From an uncultured Gemmatimonadaceae bacterium (GTDB taxonomy: Bacteria > Gemmatimonadota > Gemmatimonadetes > Gemmatimonadales > Gemmatimonadaceae): a DNA stretch of 64,000 bases. Shown one piece after another: positions 48,847-59,197 of the stretch. Numbering within the stretch: the stretch's first letter is position 1; each line of letters opens with the position of its first letter. The notes beneath the pieces are model-generated. The model saw only the letters and a list, made by a program, of their open reading frames with translations, was not told the origin of the DNA and did not search any database. The stretch lies in NCBI GenBank assembly GCA_963781585.1, contig CAWAGQ010000006.1, positions 1 through 64,000 on the forward strand, given 5' to 3'. The position numbers and the translations under genes were made by a program.

Positions 48847-49482
48847 TCAGGGCGACAGGCGCTCGATCTCCCATCGATCGCCGTCACGCCGGTACCGCAC
48901 CCGGTCGTGCAGCCGGCTCGGCCGCCCCTGCCAGAACTCCAGCTCGTCAGGCGCGAGGCGAAACCCGCCCCAGTGCGGCGGAAGCGGCACGTCGCCGCCG
49001 GGGAATCTCGCGGCGGCTTCCTCCACCCGTGCCTCCAGCCACGCGCGCGCCGGGATCACCGCGCTCTGGGTCGACGCCCAGGCGCCCACCCGCGCGCCTG
49101 ACGGGCGGGTCCGGAAATACGCGGCTGACTCGGCCGGGCTGATCTTCTGCACGATGCCTTCGATGCGCACCTGACGCTCGATCTCCTTCCAGAAGAACAC
49201 CAGCGCGGCCCGCGGATTCCCCCGGAGTTCCTCCGCCTTGCGGCTGCGATAGTCGGTAAAGAAGACGAAACCGTCCGGCCCCACGTCCTTGAGCAGCACG
49301 ATCCGCGCCGACGGCCGCCCGTCGGTCGTGCTGGTCGCCAGGGTCATCGCGTTCGGATCCACCAGCTCGGCAGCCTGGGCCTGGGCGAACCAATGGCGGA
49401 ACTGCGTGATGGGATCGGGGTCGACATCGCTTGCGTCGAGCGACGCCATCGCGTATTCGCGTCGAAGATCGGACAGGGACAT
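48847..49482 (-). CDS. pdxH: Pyridoxamine 5'-phosphate oxidase
   Basis: PSARIVLLK and [13 protein letters not shown] motifs. Confidence 0.96.
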   Translation of the reverse strand: MSLSDLRREYAMASLDASDVDPDPITQFRHWFAQAQAAELVDPNAMTLATSTTDGRPSARIVLLKDVGPDGFVFFTDYRSRKAEELRGNPRAALVFFWKEIERQVRIEGIVQKISPAESAAYFRTRPSGARVGAWASTQSAVIPARAWLEARVEEAAARFPGGDVPLPPHWGGFRLAPDELEFWQGRPSRLHDRVRYRRDGDRWEIERLSP

Positions 49483-49629
49483 GAAGGGCGGGAATGAATG
49501 AAGGCGGTGGAAGATAGCAACGAACAGGCAACGGTTGACAGCGTTCGGTCGATGAGCTGTCCGCTGGTGCCCGTGCGCTATAGTTTCCGGGAACCCATCA
49601 CCACCAACCGGGCTTCGTGCGAGAAGGGA

Positions 49630-50232
49630 ATGGCGAACAGCGCCGAAGACAAGAAGAAGAAAGACGAGAGCTTCGCGCGTGAGGCGCTCCCCTGGATGGA
49701 CGACGTCTACCGGTTTGCGCTGTCCCTGACGCGCGACGCCTCGGACGCCGAGGACGTCGTACAGGAGACGTATCTGCGAGCCTACCGCTCGTGGCACACG
49801 TTTCAGTCGGGGAGCGACTGCCGGAGGTGGCTGTTCACGATCTGCCGGAATGCCTTTCTGCGCTCGCGGGAGCGTCAACGGTTCGAGGTGGATGCCGAGG
49901 ATGGCGACGCCGAAGCCGTGGCCGCGGTGCGGGTGCATCAACAGATGATGGATGACGGGACCGACCGGCTGCTCGCCAGGCTCGATCTCGGCCCCGCTCT
50001 CTCGAAGGCTCTTGCCGAGCTGGACGAACCGTTCCGCTCGGCGGTGGTCCTGGTGGACGTGGAGGATCAATCGTACGAACACGCATCGGAAGTCCTCGGC
50101 GTGCCGATCGGCACCGTGCGTTCCCGGCTCTTTCGCGGGCGGCGCCAGCTGCAGGAAAAGCTCATGCGTCATGCGCGCGACGCCGGATTCGCCACGGCGG
50201 GCGACGCATCGAAGGCGGTGACCGATGACTGA
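49630..50232 (+). CDS. ECF sigma factor (SigH/SigR-like)
   Basis: [14 protein letters not shown] and [15 protein letters not shown] motifs. Confidence 0.92.
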   Translation: MANSAEDKKKKDESFAREALPWMDDVYRFALSLTRDASDAEDVVQETYLRAYRSWHTFQSGSDCRRWLFTICRNAFLRSRERQRFEVDAEDGDAEAVAAVRVHQQMMDDGTDRLLARLDLGPALSKALAELDEPFRSAVVLVDVEDQSYEHASEVLGVPIGTVRSRLFRGRRQLQEKLMRHARDAGFATAGDASKAVTDD

Positions 50233-50482
50233 CGACGTCCCCGACATCGACTGCCCGACCGCGCTGCGCCAGCTCTGGGACTACCTGGACCAGGAGCTGA
50301 CCGAGGACCGGATGGCGATGATGCGCCAGCACATGGCGAAATGCCGCGCCTGCCTGCCCCACCACGATTTCGACAAGCAGTTCCTCTCGGCCGTGCGTGC
50401 CACCCGCCGGGAGCAGCTGATGCCTCCCGAAGTCAAGTCGCGGGTGATGGAGCTTCTGGCCGAAGCGGGATACGCTGGCTAG
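50225..50482 (+). CDS. Zinc-binding anti-sigma factor (RsrA/RshA-like)
   Basis: HxxxCxxC (HMAKCRAC) plus an N-terminal Cys; soluble. Confidence 0.9.
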   Translation: MTDDVPDIDCPTALRQLWDYLDQELTEDRMAMMRQHMAKCRACLPHHDFDKQFLSAVRATRREQLMPPEVKSRVMELLAEAGYAG

Positions 50483-50530
50483 GCAGCGCGCCCAGAACAA
50501 CGAAACCGGACGGCCGATCGGCGAGGGGAC

Positions 50531-50929
50531 TCAGGCCGGTGCCTCGAATCCGTCCTCGCGCAGCAACACGCGGTCGAACGTGTGAACCGACTCACATCCC
50601 CGCGCCAGGCTCTCCTCGCGAATGAGATAGTCGGCGAAGTCCCCTTTCCCGGCCGCAAACGCCTCGAGCGCACGCATCAGCTGCTCGGGTGCGCCGAACG
50701 CAAGGTGCTTCGCGCGCATCAGCTCAAGCAGGAGCGAGAGAATCTGGGCCTTGGGGACGCGATAGCTGGCCGACAACACCCAGACGAGCTCGCAGATCAC
50801 GATGCTGGAGACGAAGAGCTCCTTCCGCGCGGCAATGGCGCGGTCGACGAGCGCCGCGGCCGCCGCCGACTGACGCTCGTCGTCCTCCACGAGGAATCGG
50901 ACCAGCACGTTGGTGTCGAGTCCGATCAC
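50531..50929 (-). CDS. vapC: PIN-domain VapC toxin
   Basis: LDTNVLVR, ELVWVL, DFADYLI and TFD motifs. Confidence 0.92.
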   Translation of the reverse strand: MIGLDTNVLVRFLVEDDERQSAAAAALVDRAIAARKELFVSSIVICELVWVLSASYRVPKAQILSLLLELMRAKHLAFGAPEQLMRALEAFAAGKGDFADYLIREESLARGCESVHTFDRVLLREDGFEAPA

Positions 50930-51174
50930 TGACGCGATCCCGCCTTGCGTACGGCCGCATTCATGTCGTCCACGGTCACGCTCCTGATCGTCGGTTTGAC
51001 GATCCCACGTAACGCCCGAAGGTCCACATTCTCGGGCTCGACCGTCACGACCCCGTCATCCCGGATCCGGAACGCCAGCCGATCGCCGGGATGCACGCCG
51101 AGGGCTTCCCGGACCCGCATCGGCACCGTGATCTGACCTTTTCTGGTGAGTTTCGCGGCCATTTCCTTACTCAA
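50926..51174 (-). CDS. AbrB/MazE-type antitoxin
   Basis: KLTRKGQITVP..VREALG..PGD; coupled to vapC. Confidence 0.9.
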   Translation of the reverse strand: MSKEMAAKLTRKGQITVPMRVREALGVHPGDRLAFRIRDDGVVTVEPENVDLRALRGIVKPTIRSVTVDDMNAAVRKAGSRQ

Positions 51175-51200
51175 TGACTCATTCCTTACCGATGGTAATG
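51163..51200. promoter_or_regulatory. Putative antitoxin operator
   Basis: TTCCTTAC occurs twice, and a TTACC-gat-GGTAA palindrome lies at the antitoxin start. Confidence 0.55.
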
Positions 51201-51267
51201 CTTGCTCCGGCTCGACGCAAGACGCCCGCGGGAGAATCCCCCGAATCCGGCCCGCCGCATTCCCTCA

Positions 51268-51296
51268 TTGACATAGGGGGGAGGGGTATCTAGTCT
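51268..51296 (+). promoter_or_regulatory. cop promoter with CsoR-type G-tract operator
   Basis: TTGACA-17 bp (TAGGGGGGAGGGGTATC)-TAGTCT upstream of copZ; csoR is in the same operon. Confidence 0.8.
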
Positions 51297-51351
51297 CCGC
51301 TTCGGAGCGTCGGGATCGCGTGTCCCAGCGGACCACTCGGAGGAAAGTCCC

Positions 51352-51564
51352 ATGAAGCGAGTCAGTCTCGCCATCACCGGCATGCATTGCGGCCACTGCG
51401 TCCACGCGGTGCGCGAAGCCCTGGCGGCGGTGCCGGGGGTGCAGGTGGAACAGGTGGGGATCGGGTCGGCCAGCGTGTCGATGAACGACGACTCGGCCGG
51501 CGTCACTCCGCTGATCGACGCCGTATATGAGGCCGGCTACGAAGCGGAGGAAGCGCTACGATGA
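51352..51564 (+). CDS. copZ: Copper chaperone (HMA domain)
   Basis: GMHCGHC motif. Confidence 0.9.
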   Translation: MKRVSLAITGMHCGHCVHAVREALAAVPGVQVEQVGIGSASVSMNDDSAGVTPLIDAVYEAGYEAEEALR

Positions 51565-51938
51565 CGGCCGCGGACTGGTTCGTCGCGGCAGGCGGCCTGG
51601 CCGCCATTGCCGCGGTGATCTGGTGGTTCTTCGTCGCCGGCCGCCACGCTGTGGCCGCCAGCGAGCTCGCGTCCGGACTGCAGCAGGTGACCATCACCGT
51701 ACGCGGCGGCTATGAACCGAGCCGCGTCTACCTGCGGGCGGGACGCCCGGCCCGGCTGGTCTTCGACCGTCAGGAGCGCGCCGGCTGTTCCGAAGAAGTC
51801 GTCTTTCCCGCGTTCGGCGTGCGCCGGTTTCTGCCGCCGTTCGAGAAAACGACCATCGATCTCGAGCCGGCCGAGCCCGGCCGCTACGAGTTCACCTGCG
51901 GCATGAGCATGCTGCGTGGGATGCTGGAGGTGGAGTGA
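51561..51938 (+). CDS. Membrane-anchored cupredoxin-domain protein (CupA-like)
   Basis: N-terminal TM helix; GGYEP, CSEE and [10 protein letters not shown] motifs. Confidence 0.88.
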   Translation: MTAADWFVAAGGLAAIAAVIWWFFVAGRHAVAASELASGLQQVTITVRGGYEPSRVYLRAGRPARLVFDRQERAGCSEEVVFPAFGVRRFLPPFEKTTIDLEPAEPGRYEFTCGMSMLRGMLEVE

Positions 51939-54577
51939 AGAACGATGGGAAGCGCACCGCCGCCGGCGACGCCGAGCGCCCCGACCCCGACGCGACGGTG
52001 GAGCAGCCGACGCGTCCTGCGCGTCCGGTTCATCGCTCCGCCCTCGTCACCCGGCTCATGGCGTCCGGCAATCATCCCGCGGTACGGGGCGCCGCGTCCG
52101 AACCGTCGGGGGACGCGGCTGCCGCTGATGCGTGCGAGCTGACCGATGGAGGGCCGGGATCCGACGCGACCGGCGAGAGGTCGGAGGTCGGAGATCGGAC
52201 GCCGCGGGACGGACGTCGCAAGTCGGACATCGGAGATCGCCTCGCGCCGTCGCGCCTCACCATCGCGGTGACCGGCATGCACTGCGCGGCGTGTCAGGCA
52301 CGGGTGCAACGCGTGCTCGAGCGCACCCCGGGCGTACAGTCCGCCACCGTCAGTCTCCTGACCGACAGCGCGGCGGTCCGGTTCGATCCCGCCGTGGTCG
52401 ACGCCCCTGCACTCGTCGAGCGCATTCGGGGCACGGGTTACGGCGCCGAGCTGCCGGTCGAGGAGCGGGGCGCACTGGAGGAGCAGCGCGCGCAGGATGA
52501 CGCGCGCGAGGCCGAGTTTCGCGACCTGAAGAAGAAGGCGATCGTCGCGCTCATCGCCGGCGCGATCGCGATGCTCGTCTCGATTCCAATCATGACCGGG
52601 GGCACACACGCGGGCACCGGAGTCACCGATCCCGTGATGCACTGGGCCACGCAGACCATCGACCCCGTGCTCCGGCGCATCGCGCCATGGCTATACGCCG
52701 TGTCGCCCCGCCTGATGGCGTTCCTCCTGCTCGGTATGACGACGGTGGTGATGGCGTGGGCCGGGCGACACTTCTACACGCGCGCCTGGTTGGCCTTCCG
52801 GCATCATTCGGCCGACATGAACACGTTGATCGCCGTCGGCACGGGCGCCGCCTACACCTTCTCCCTCGTGGCCACCGTGGCGCCCGGTCTCTTCCTGAGC
52901 CGGGGTCTCGCGCCGGATCTGTACTTCGAGGCGGTGGTCATCCTCATCGGGTTCATCCTGCTGGGGAACGCCCTCGAGGCGCGCGCCAAGGGGCGGACGT
53001 CGGCGGCACTGCGGCGGCTGGTGAACCTGCGGCCACGCACCGCACGCGTGGAGCGCGACGGCGAGGAACAGGACGTGGCGGTGGAAGACGTGAACCCCGG
53101 GGACGTGGTCTCGGTGCGCCCTGGGGAACGGATTCCGGTGGACGGCGAGGTGACGAGCGGCACCAGCAGCGTGGACGAATCGATGCTCACGGGCGAGCCG
53201 CTGCCGGTGGAGAAGCGACCCGGCGGTCACGTCATCGGCGGCACGGTGAACGGCCTCGGCGCATTCCGGTACCGGGCCACCACGTTAGGCGCCGATAGCG
53301 TGCTGGCCCAGATCGTGAAGCTGATGCGCGATGCGCAGGGTTCGCGCGCTCCGATTCAGAATCTCGCCGATCGCGTCAGTGCGGTGTTCGTCCCGGTGGT
53401 CATCTCCATCGCCATCGCCGTGTTCGTCATCTGGTTCGTCGCCTCGGGGAACGCGCCGCTGCTGCGCGCGGTGGGCGCGTCGGTCGCCGTCCTGGTGATC
53501 GCCTGTCCCTGCGCCATGGGACTGGCCGTACCGACGGCGGTCATGGTGGCGTCGGGGAAAGGCGCCGAGCTCGGGATTCTCATCAAGGGCGGTCAGGCGC
53601 TGGAGCGCGCACACCAGATCGACACGGTGGTCCTCGACAAGACAGGAACGCTGACCGAGGGGCGGCCGGTGATGACCGATGTCCTGGTCACGCCGGCGTT
53701 CGACCAAGGCGACGTGCTGCGGCTCGCCGCGTCGCTCGAGCGGTCATCCGAACATCCGTTGGCCACGGCTCTGGTCGACGCGGCCCGCGACCGTGGGCTC
53801 AGTCTGGCCGACGCCGAGTCGTTCACGTCAGTCACCGGCCGGGGCGTGGTGGGGAAGGTGGACGGCCGGGACGTAGCCATCGGCAACGCCGCACTGTTGC
53901 GCGATCGCGGGATCGCGCCGTCACCCCTGGATGCGCGGGCGACCGGTCTGGCGGCCGACGCCCGGACGACGATGTTCGTTGCCGTCGACGGTCAGCTGGC
54001 CGGGCTGGTCGCGGTCGCCGACCCGCTCAAGAAGTCGTCGGTGGAGGCGGTGGCGGCGCTGCGCGAGATGGGACTGGACGTGGTACTCCTTACCGGCGAT
54101 GTGGAGGCGACGGCCCGCGCGATCGCCCGGCACGCGGGCATCGAACGCATCGTGGCGGGCGTCCTGCCGTCCGGCAAGGTCGACGAAATCACCCGCCTGC
54201 AGAAGGAAGGGCGCGTGGTGGCCATGGTGGGCGACGGGATAAACGATGCGCCCGCGCTCGCCCAGTCCGACGTCGGGATCGCGATCGGAACCGGCACCGA
54301 CATCGCCATCGACGCCAGCGACATCACCCTCATGCGGGGTGACGTGCGCGGCGTGGCCCAAGCCATCAAACTGGCACGCCGGACGATGCGCACCATGAAG
54401 CAGAACCTCTTCTGGGCTTTCGTCTACAACGTGATCGGCATCCCGATCGCGGCGGGCATTCTGTACCCGGCCTTCGGGCTGATGCTGAGTCCCATTCTCG
54501 CCGGTGCGGCAATGGCCATGAGCTCGGTCAGCGTCGTGACCAACAGCCTGCGCCTGGGCACGTTCCGCCCGGCCTGA
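51935..54577 (+). CDS. copA: Cu(I)-translocating P1B-type ATPase
   Basis: [32 protein letters not shown] and MAMSS motifs. Confidence 0.96.
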   Translation: MKNDGKRTAAGDAERPDPDATVEQPTRPARPVHRSALVTRLMASGNHPAVRGAASEPSGDAAAADACELTDGGPGSDATGERSEVGDRTPRDGRRKSDIGDRLAPSRLTIAVTGMHCAACQARVQRVLERTPGVQSATVSLLTDSAAVRFDPAVVDAPALVERIRGTGYGAELPVEERGALEEQRAQDDAREAEFRDLKKKAIVALIAGAIAMLVSIPIMTGGTHAGTGVTDPVMHWATQTIDPVLRRIAPWLYAVSPRLMAFLLLGMTTVVMAWAGRHFYTRAWLAFRHHSADMNTLIAVGTGAAYTFSLVATVAPGLFLSRGLAPDLYFEAVVILIGFILLGNALEARAKGRTSAALRRLVNLRPRTARVERDGEEQDVAVEDVNPGDVVSVRPGERIPVDGEVTSGTSSVDESMLTGEPLPVEKRPGGHVIGGTVNGLGAFRYRATTLGADSVLAQIVKLMRDAQGSRAPIQNLADRVSAVFVPVVISIAIAVFVIWFVASGNAPLLRAVGASVAVLVIACPCAMGLAVPTAVMVASGKGAELGILIKGGQALERAHQIDTVVLDKTGTLTEGRPVMTDVLVTPAFDQGDVLRLAASLERSSEHPLATALVDAARDRGLSLADAESFTSVTGRGVVGKVDGRDVAIGNAALLRDRGIAPSPLDARATGLAADARTTMFVAVDGQLAGLVAVADPLKKSSVEAVAALREMGLDVVLLTGDVEATARAIARHAGIERIVAGVLPSGKVDEITRLQKEGRVVAMVGDGINDAPALAQSDVGIAIGTGTDIAIDASDITLMRGDVRGVAQAIKLARRTMRTMKQNLFWAFVYNVIGIPIAAGILYPAFGLMLSPILAGAAMAMSSVSVVTNSLRLGTFRPA

Positions 54578-54596
54578 CGACTACAGGAGACCGTCG

Positions 54597-54974
54597 ATGC
54601 CGACTCGCGCCATCAAGCCAGACGGAAGCGGTCATGCTGCCGAAGCATGCGGATGCGCCGTCGGCCATGCCGCCGCAGCTGGCGGGCGCAAGGCCGTGGG
54701 CGTCGACCCGGGAATCCGCGATCGCAATCTGAAACGGCTGCGGCGTATCGAGGGCCAGGTGCGCGGGCTGCAGAAGATGGTCAGCGAGGACCGCTACTGC
54801 GCCGACATCATGACCCAGATCTCGTCGGTGCACGAAGCACTCCGCGCGGTGAGCCGCGAACTGATGCGAAACCACCTGCGCCACTGCGCCAGCTCGGCGA
54901 TCAAGGCGGGGCCCGACGACGCCGAGGCGATGTACGACGAGCTGATCGGGCTGATGTACACGCACCTGCGGTAG
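54597..54974 (+). CDS. csoR: Copper-sensing repressor
   Basis: RLRRIEGQVRG, YCADI and NHLRHC motifs. Confidence 0.92.
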   Translation: MPTRAIKPDGSGHAAEACGCAVGHAAAAGGRKAVGVDPGIRDRNLKRLRRIEGQVRGLQKMVSEDRYCADIMTQISSVHEALRAVSRELMRNHLRHCASSAIKAGPDDAEAMYDELIGLMYTHLR

Positions 54975-55005
54975 GGCAGCGGTCCCTCGGGACGCGACCC
55001 CCGCG

Positions 55006-55347
55006 TCAGGCCCGGCCGAGCACGCGGGCGATGGCGAGCGAGACGCGGTCGTACCCGGACACCACCTCGCCGAGCTGCTTCCGTCCCGACGAGGTGATCG
55101 TGTAGTAGCGGGCACGACGCTTGGTCGGGCTCAACTTCCACTTCGCGGTCGCCCAGCCCTTGCTCAGCAGCCGTTCCAGCGCCGGGTACAGGGAGCCCTG
55201 CTCGACCTGCAGCACGCCGTCGGACAGCCGCGCGATGTGCTGTCCGATGGCGTAGCCATGCAACGGGCCGAGCGTGAGCGTCTGGAGCACCAGCATGTCG
55301 AGGGTGCCCTGGAGCAGGTCGGATCGTTGTGGAGTGCGAGCAGGCAT
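55006..55347 (-). CDS. PadR-family regulator (acidobacterial type)
   Basis: LLQGTLDMLVL, HGYAI, GSLYPAL and RRARYY motifs. Confidence 0.92.
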   Translation of the reverse strand: MPARTPQRSDLLQGTLDMLVLQTLTLGPLHGYAIGQHIARLSDGVLQVEQGSLYPALERLLSKGWATAKWKLSPTKRRARYYTITSSGRKQLGEVVSGYDRVSLAIARVLGRA

Positions 55348-55700
55348 ACCCAGACCATCGACGGTTAGACGCTCTACATTTAGCCCTCGAACGGAGGCGA
55401 TGACAAGTCGTGGCGTATCGGCCTGAGGCGTCGGCACCGGGTGCGGTGCGGCGCCTGGCCTCTCTCGAGTGGTGACGGCAGCGGCTCCAGGGATTCACGC
55501 TGGGGTCGTTGACAACGTTCGGTCGGAGAGGCAGGCAAACCTCACGGCCCGTCGGGGATCGCCCTACCCTGGACGTCAGGCCTTCACCCTTGATCCCCGT
55601 GTTCGCGCGGTCTAGGGTCAATCGTCAGGTTGGTGGAAGCCGCAGTTCCCGTCCACGCCGAGTTCCAGGCACCTTCTTGCACTTCTCCTTTTCGCGTTCG

Positions 55701-56108
55701 ATGCCTGGGGTGTGGCGGACGATAGCTCTTGCCACGTCACTGGCCTTCCTGCAGACGCTGGGCGCCCCCGGCAGCTTCGCGTGCGGAGCGATGCCGGCGG
55801 CCCATGTCGGCGCGCACGCGGGGATGAGTGCGTCGAATCAGGCGACGGGCGAGCGCCACGATTGCGCAGGTGTGACGGCGAACGATCCGGCGTGCCCGCA
55901 GTGCGCGCAGTCGTCTCAACCATCGTGTCCCGGACTTCCGGGAACGGGAGCCTGCGGTGCCATCGCGGGGTGCGGCGTGGCGGCGTTCACGGTCGCGACG
56001 GCCTTGCCGACGATGCTCGCGGTCGCGGCGCCTAACGAAGCTCTCCCCCTCCGGCAGCGCGAACTCGCTCGTCCCACCGCGCCCGAGCCCCCTCCGCCGC
56101 GGGCGTAG
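55701..56108 (+). CDS. Exported Cys/His-rich leader protein with Pro-rich C-terminus (DUF2946/CutF-like)
   Basis: Signal peptide, CPQC and further Cys residues; ends ARPTAPEPPPPRA. Confidence 0.7.
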   Translation: MPGVWRTIALATSLAFLQTLGAPGSFACGAMPAAHVGAHAGMSASNQATGERHDCAGVTANDPACPQCAQSSQPSCPGLPGTGACGAIAGCGVAAFTVATALPTMLAVAAPNEALPLRQRELARPTAPEPPPPRA

Positions 56109-56224
56109 TCTCCTACACATCGCTGTAACGGCGTACTGCGCCGGCGGAACATCCCGCCGCGCACGCGACAGCCGCACGACGGGCCGGTCATGGTCGTCGC
56201 GCACCAGAGGGAGACCAACAATCC

Positions 56225-57715
56225 ATGTGTTCACATGCAGGACGGCGTCGAGTCCGTGCGGCTCATCGCCTGACCATCAGCGGGATACTCTTCGGGGCGA
56301 TCATCGTCAGCGCCGGCTCGCCGTGGCCAGCCAGGGCGCAGTCAGCGACCGGGTCTGTCTCAGGAGCGCCCAGCGCTGACGGCGGCGCATCGCTTACGCG
56401 CGGGTCGCCGAGGCCGTCCCCCATCCACTCGGCTTCAGGCGTCTCCAGCGCGGCCGTCTCGCGCTCTGCGTCGACGCCTGCTCCGGACGGTGCCATCCTT
56501 CGCCTCGGCGACGTGTACGCCGGCGTGCGTGACCGCAACCCCAAAGTGGCTGCCGCGCGTTCGCTTGCCGATGCCGTGCGTTCGCGCGTGCCGGGCGCAT
56601 CGCTGCCACCGGATCCGCAGCTCCAACTCGCCTTCATGAACTACGGCGTGCCCGATCTGCGGCCGATGGATCCCACCGGCATGCCAAAGCTTCAGGTGAT
56701 GCAGATGGTGCCCCTCGCCGGCAAACTCGGCCTCTCGGGCCGCATCGCCGCGGCGCAGGCCGATGCGGAAGGCGAGCGCGCAGCGGACGTGCAGTGGGAA
56801 CTGCGCACTGCTGCCGCGATGGCGTTCTACGACTTCTACCAGGCTGACCGTTCGATTGCCGTCGCGGTCGAGACGCGCCGCCTGCTCCAGGACATCGCCG
56901 CCGTCGCGGCGGCGATGTACGAAGTTGGCGAGGGTCGCCAGACCGACGTGCTCCGTGCGCAGGTCGAAATCGCGCGGATGACGGAGGAGATCACACGGAT
57001 GGAAGCGACGCGGGCGGCCGCCGGCGCGCGGCTCAACGCACTGCTCGATCGCCAACCCGACGCTGCGGTGGAAACGGTGTCGCTGCCCCGCTTTCCGGAA
57101 GCCCTGCCCACAGCGGACTCGCTCACGAGCATGGCGTCAACGAATCGGTCGATGATCCGTGCTGGCGAACAGGACGTGCGTGCCGCCGACGCAATGGCGA
57201 CCCGCGCCAGACGCGAGCTCGTCCCCGACCTGACGATCGGGCTTCAGTACGGACAGCGCAGTGCCGCCATGGGGACCGAGCACATGGCGAGCCTCATGCT
57301 GGGCGCGTCCATCCCGGTGTTCGCGGGGCGGCGACAGTTGAAAATGCGTGACGAGGCGGACGCGATGCGCGACATGGCGCAGGCCGACCTCCGCTACATG
57401 CGCGCCGACACGCGCGGACGCGTTGGCGAGGCGTACGCCGCAGTTACCCAGGCGCGCAATCTGGAGCGCCTCTATGCAGCCACCGTGTTGCCGCAGGCCG
57501 ACGCCACGGTGGCGTCGGCGACGGCAGCGTATCGCGTGGGCCAGGTGGACTTCATGACGCTGCTCGACGACCGCATGACCGTGAATCGCTATCGGCAGGA
57601 CTTCATCGCCCTCCAGGCTGCGGAAGGAAAGGCCTGGGCGGAGCTCGAGATGCTCACCGGTACGGAACTCTTCGATGCCAATGCCAGCGCGCTCACGAAT
57701 GGAGACGCACGATGA
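56225..57715 (+). CDS. TolC-family outer-membrane factor (CusC-like)
   Basis: GAGGGAG RBS; PDPQL, YEVGEG.QTDVLRAQ and AYRVGQVDF motifs. Confidence 0.9.
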   Translation: MCSHAGRRRVRAAHRLTISGILFGAIIVSAGSPWPARAQSATGSVSGAPSADGGASLTRGSPRPSPIHSASGVSSAAVSRSASTPAPDGAILRLGDVYAGVRDRNPKVAAARSLADAVRSRVPGASLPPDPQLQLAFMNYGVPDLRPMDPTGMPKLQVMQMVPLAGKLGLSGRIAAAQADAEGERAADVQWELRTAAAMAFYDFYQADRSIAVAVETRRLLQDIAAVAAAMYEVGEGRQTDVLRAQVEIARMTEEITRMEATRAAAGARLNALLDRQPDAAVETVSLPRFPEALPTADSLTSMASTNRSMIRAGEQDVRAADAMATRARRELVPDLTIGLQYGQRSAAMGTEHMASLMLGASIPVFAGRRQLKMRDEADAMRDMAQADLRYMRADTRGRVGEAYAAVTQARNLERLYAATVLPQADATVASATAAYRVGQVDFMTLLDDRMTVNRYRQDFIALQAAEGKAWAELEMLTGTELFDANASALTNGDAR

Positions 57716-59193
57716 TCGACATGCGCAGTGATTCGATGGCGGCGACAGCCGAACTGCCAACTGAAGACCACACCGTCGCTGCCCAAGTACCGGCGAGGGA
57801 TTCAGTCGCAATCGATGACCCGTCTCCTTTCGGCGCGTCCAGCGGCGGTGTCGCGGGGATGGTGGCGCGTATCGCGTTGATCACCGCACTGCTCGTGGTA
57901 GCGACGGGCGCCGCCTTTTACTTCGCCCGCGGGCGAAGCACGAGTGACACCGCCACCGCGCATAATCATGGCGCCACTGCCGTCGCGGACGATGCCGCTC
58001 CCGTGATGCTCGACGGCGATGCGGCGCGCCGGATCGGAGTGACCTACGCCGGCGCGACGATGGGAACGCTCGAGGCCGAGGTGCGAACCGTCGGCCAGAT
58101 CACGTACGACGAAACGCGCCAGGCCGCGATCGCGCCGAAGATCGACGGCTGGGTGGACCGCCTGTTCGTGGACTTCACCGGTCAGCAGGTCGAGGAAGGG
58201 CAGCCGCTTCTGAGCATATACTCTCCGTTGCTGGTTGCGGCGCAGGAGGAGCTGCTCCTTGCCGCGCGGCTGTCACATGACGTGGCGGATGGTACCTCCG
58301 AAGCGAAGCGGTCGGCGGACGATCTGCTCGCGGCCTCGCGTCGCCGGCTGCTGTACTGGGATATCCCGGTGAGTGAGGTGGAGCGGATCGAACGAACCGG
58401 CGAGGTCACCAAGACGCTGACGCTGCGATCGCCGGTGCGCGGCGTCGTGCTGGAGAAGTCGGTGGTCGCCGGCCAGCGCATCATGGCGGGCCAGTCGGTC
58501 TACCAGGTCGCCGACCTGAGCACGGTGTGGGTGGAAGGCGAGGTATTCGAGCGCGACATGTCGTTCATGCGCTCCGGTACGAGAGTGACCGTCGACGTGC
58601 AAGCGTATCCCGGTGAGCAGTGGAACGGACGCGTGACGTACGTCTACCCCACCGTGGACCCCGGGACGCGCGCTGTCCGGATCCGCGTGGCGCTGCCGAA
58701 CCCGGGACTTCGGCTCAAACCGGGGATGTACGCCACGATCCACGTTCCGGGAGCGCAGCGCGCGGGCGTGATCTCCATACCTCGCGCGGCGGTGCTGGCG
58801 AGCGGCCGGAGAACCGTCGCGTTCGTCAGACGTCCCGACGGCATGCTCGAGCCACGGGAGATCGTCACCGGCGTAGCGAACGACGACCGGGTGGAGATCC
58901 TGCGTGGTCTCGCGGCCGGCGACACGGTGGTGGCATCGGCGACGTTCCTGATCGATGCAGAATCGAACCTCGGCGCCGCGCTCGGCGCGATGGCGGGGAT
59001 GCCGGGAATGGAGCAACCCGGAGGGCAGACACATGAGGCCACAGGCCAGAGGCCAGCGACCGGAGGCCAGAGAAACGCCGGTGCGAGCGGAGCCGCTGGC
59101 GCTCCGGAATTTCCTGCCGGCGCGGCGATGGACATGCCCGGCATGACGCATCCGGTGCCAGCCACTCCCGCCGTGAAGAAAGGAAAGGAGTAG
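57712..59193 (+). CDS. cusB: Heavy-metal RND periplasmic adaptor
   Basis: YSPLLVAAQEE, LKPGMYA and FLIDAESNL motifs; Met-rich tail. Confidence 0.9.
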   Translation: MIDMRSDSMAATAELPTEDHTVAAQVPARDSVAIDDPSPFGASSGGVAGMVARIALITALLVVATGAAFYFARGRSTSDTATAHNHGATAVADDAAPVMLDGDAARRIGVTYAGATMGTLEAEVRTVGQITYDETRQAAIAPKIDGWVDRLFVDFTGQQVEEGQPLLSIYSPLLVAAQEELLLAARLSHDVADGTSEAKRSADDLLAASRRRLLYWDIPVSEVERIERTGEVTKTLTLRSPVRGVVLEKSVVAGQRIMAGQSVYQVADLSTVWVEGEVFERDMSFMRSGTRVTVDVQAYPGEQWNGRVTYVYPTVDPGTRAVRIRVALPNPGLRLKPGMYATIHVPGAQRAGVISIPRAAVLASGRRTVAFVRRPDGMLEPREIVTGVANDDRVEILRGLAAGDTVVASATFLIDAESNLGAALGAMAGMPGMEQPGGQTHEATGQRPATGGQRNAGASGAAGAPEFPAGAAMDMPGMTHPVPATPAVKKGKE

Positions 59194-59197
59194 CATC

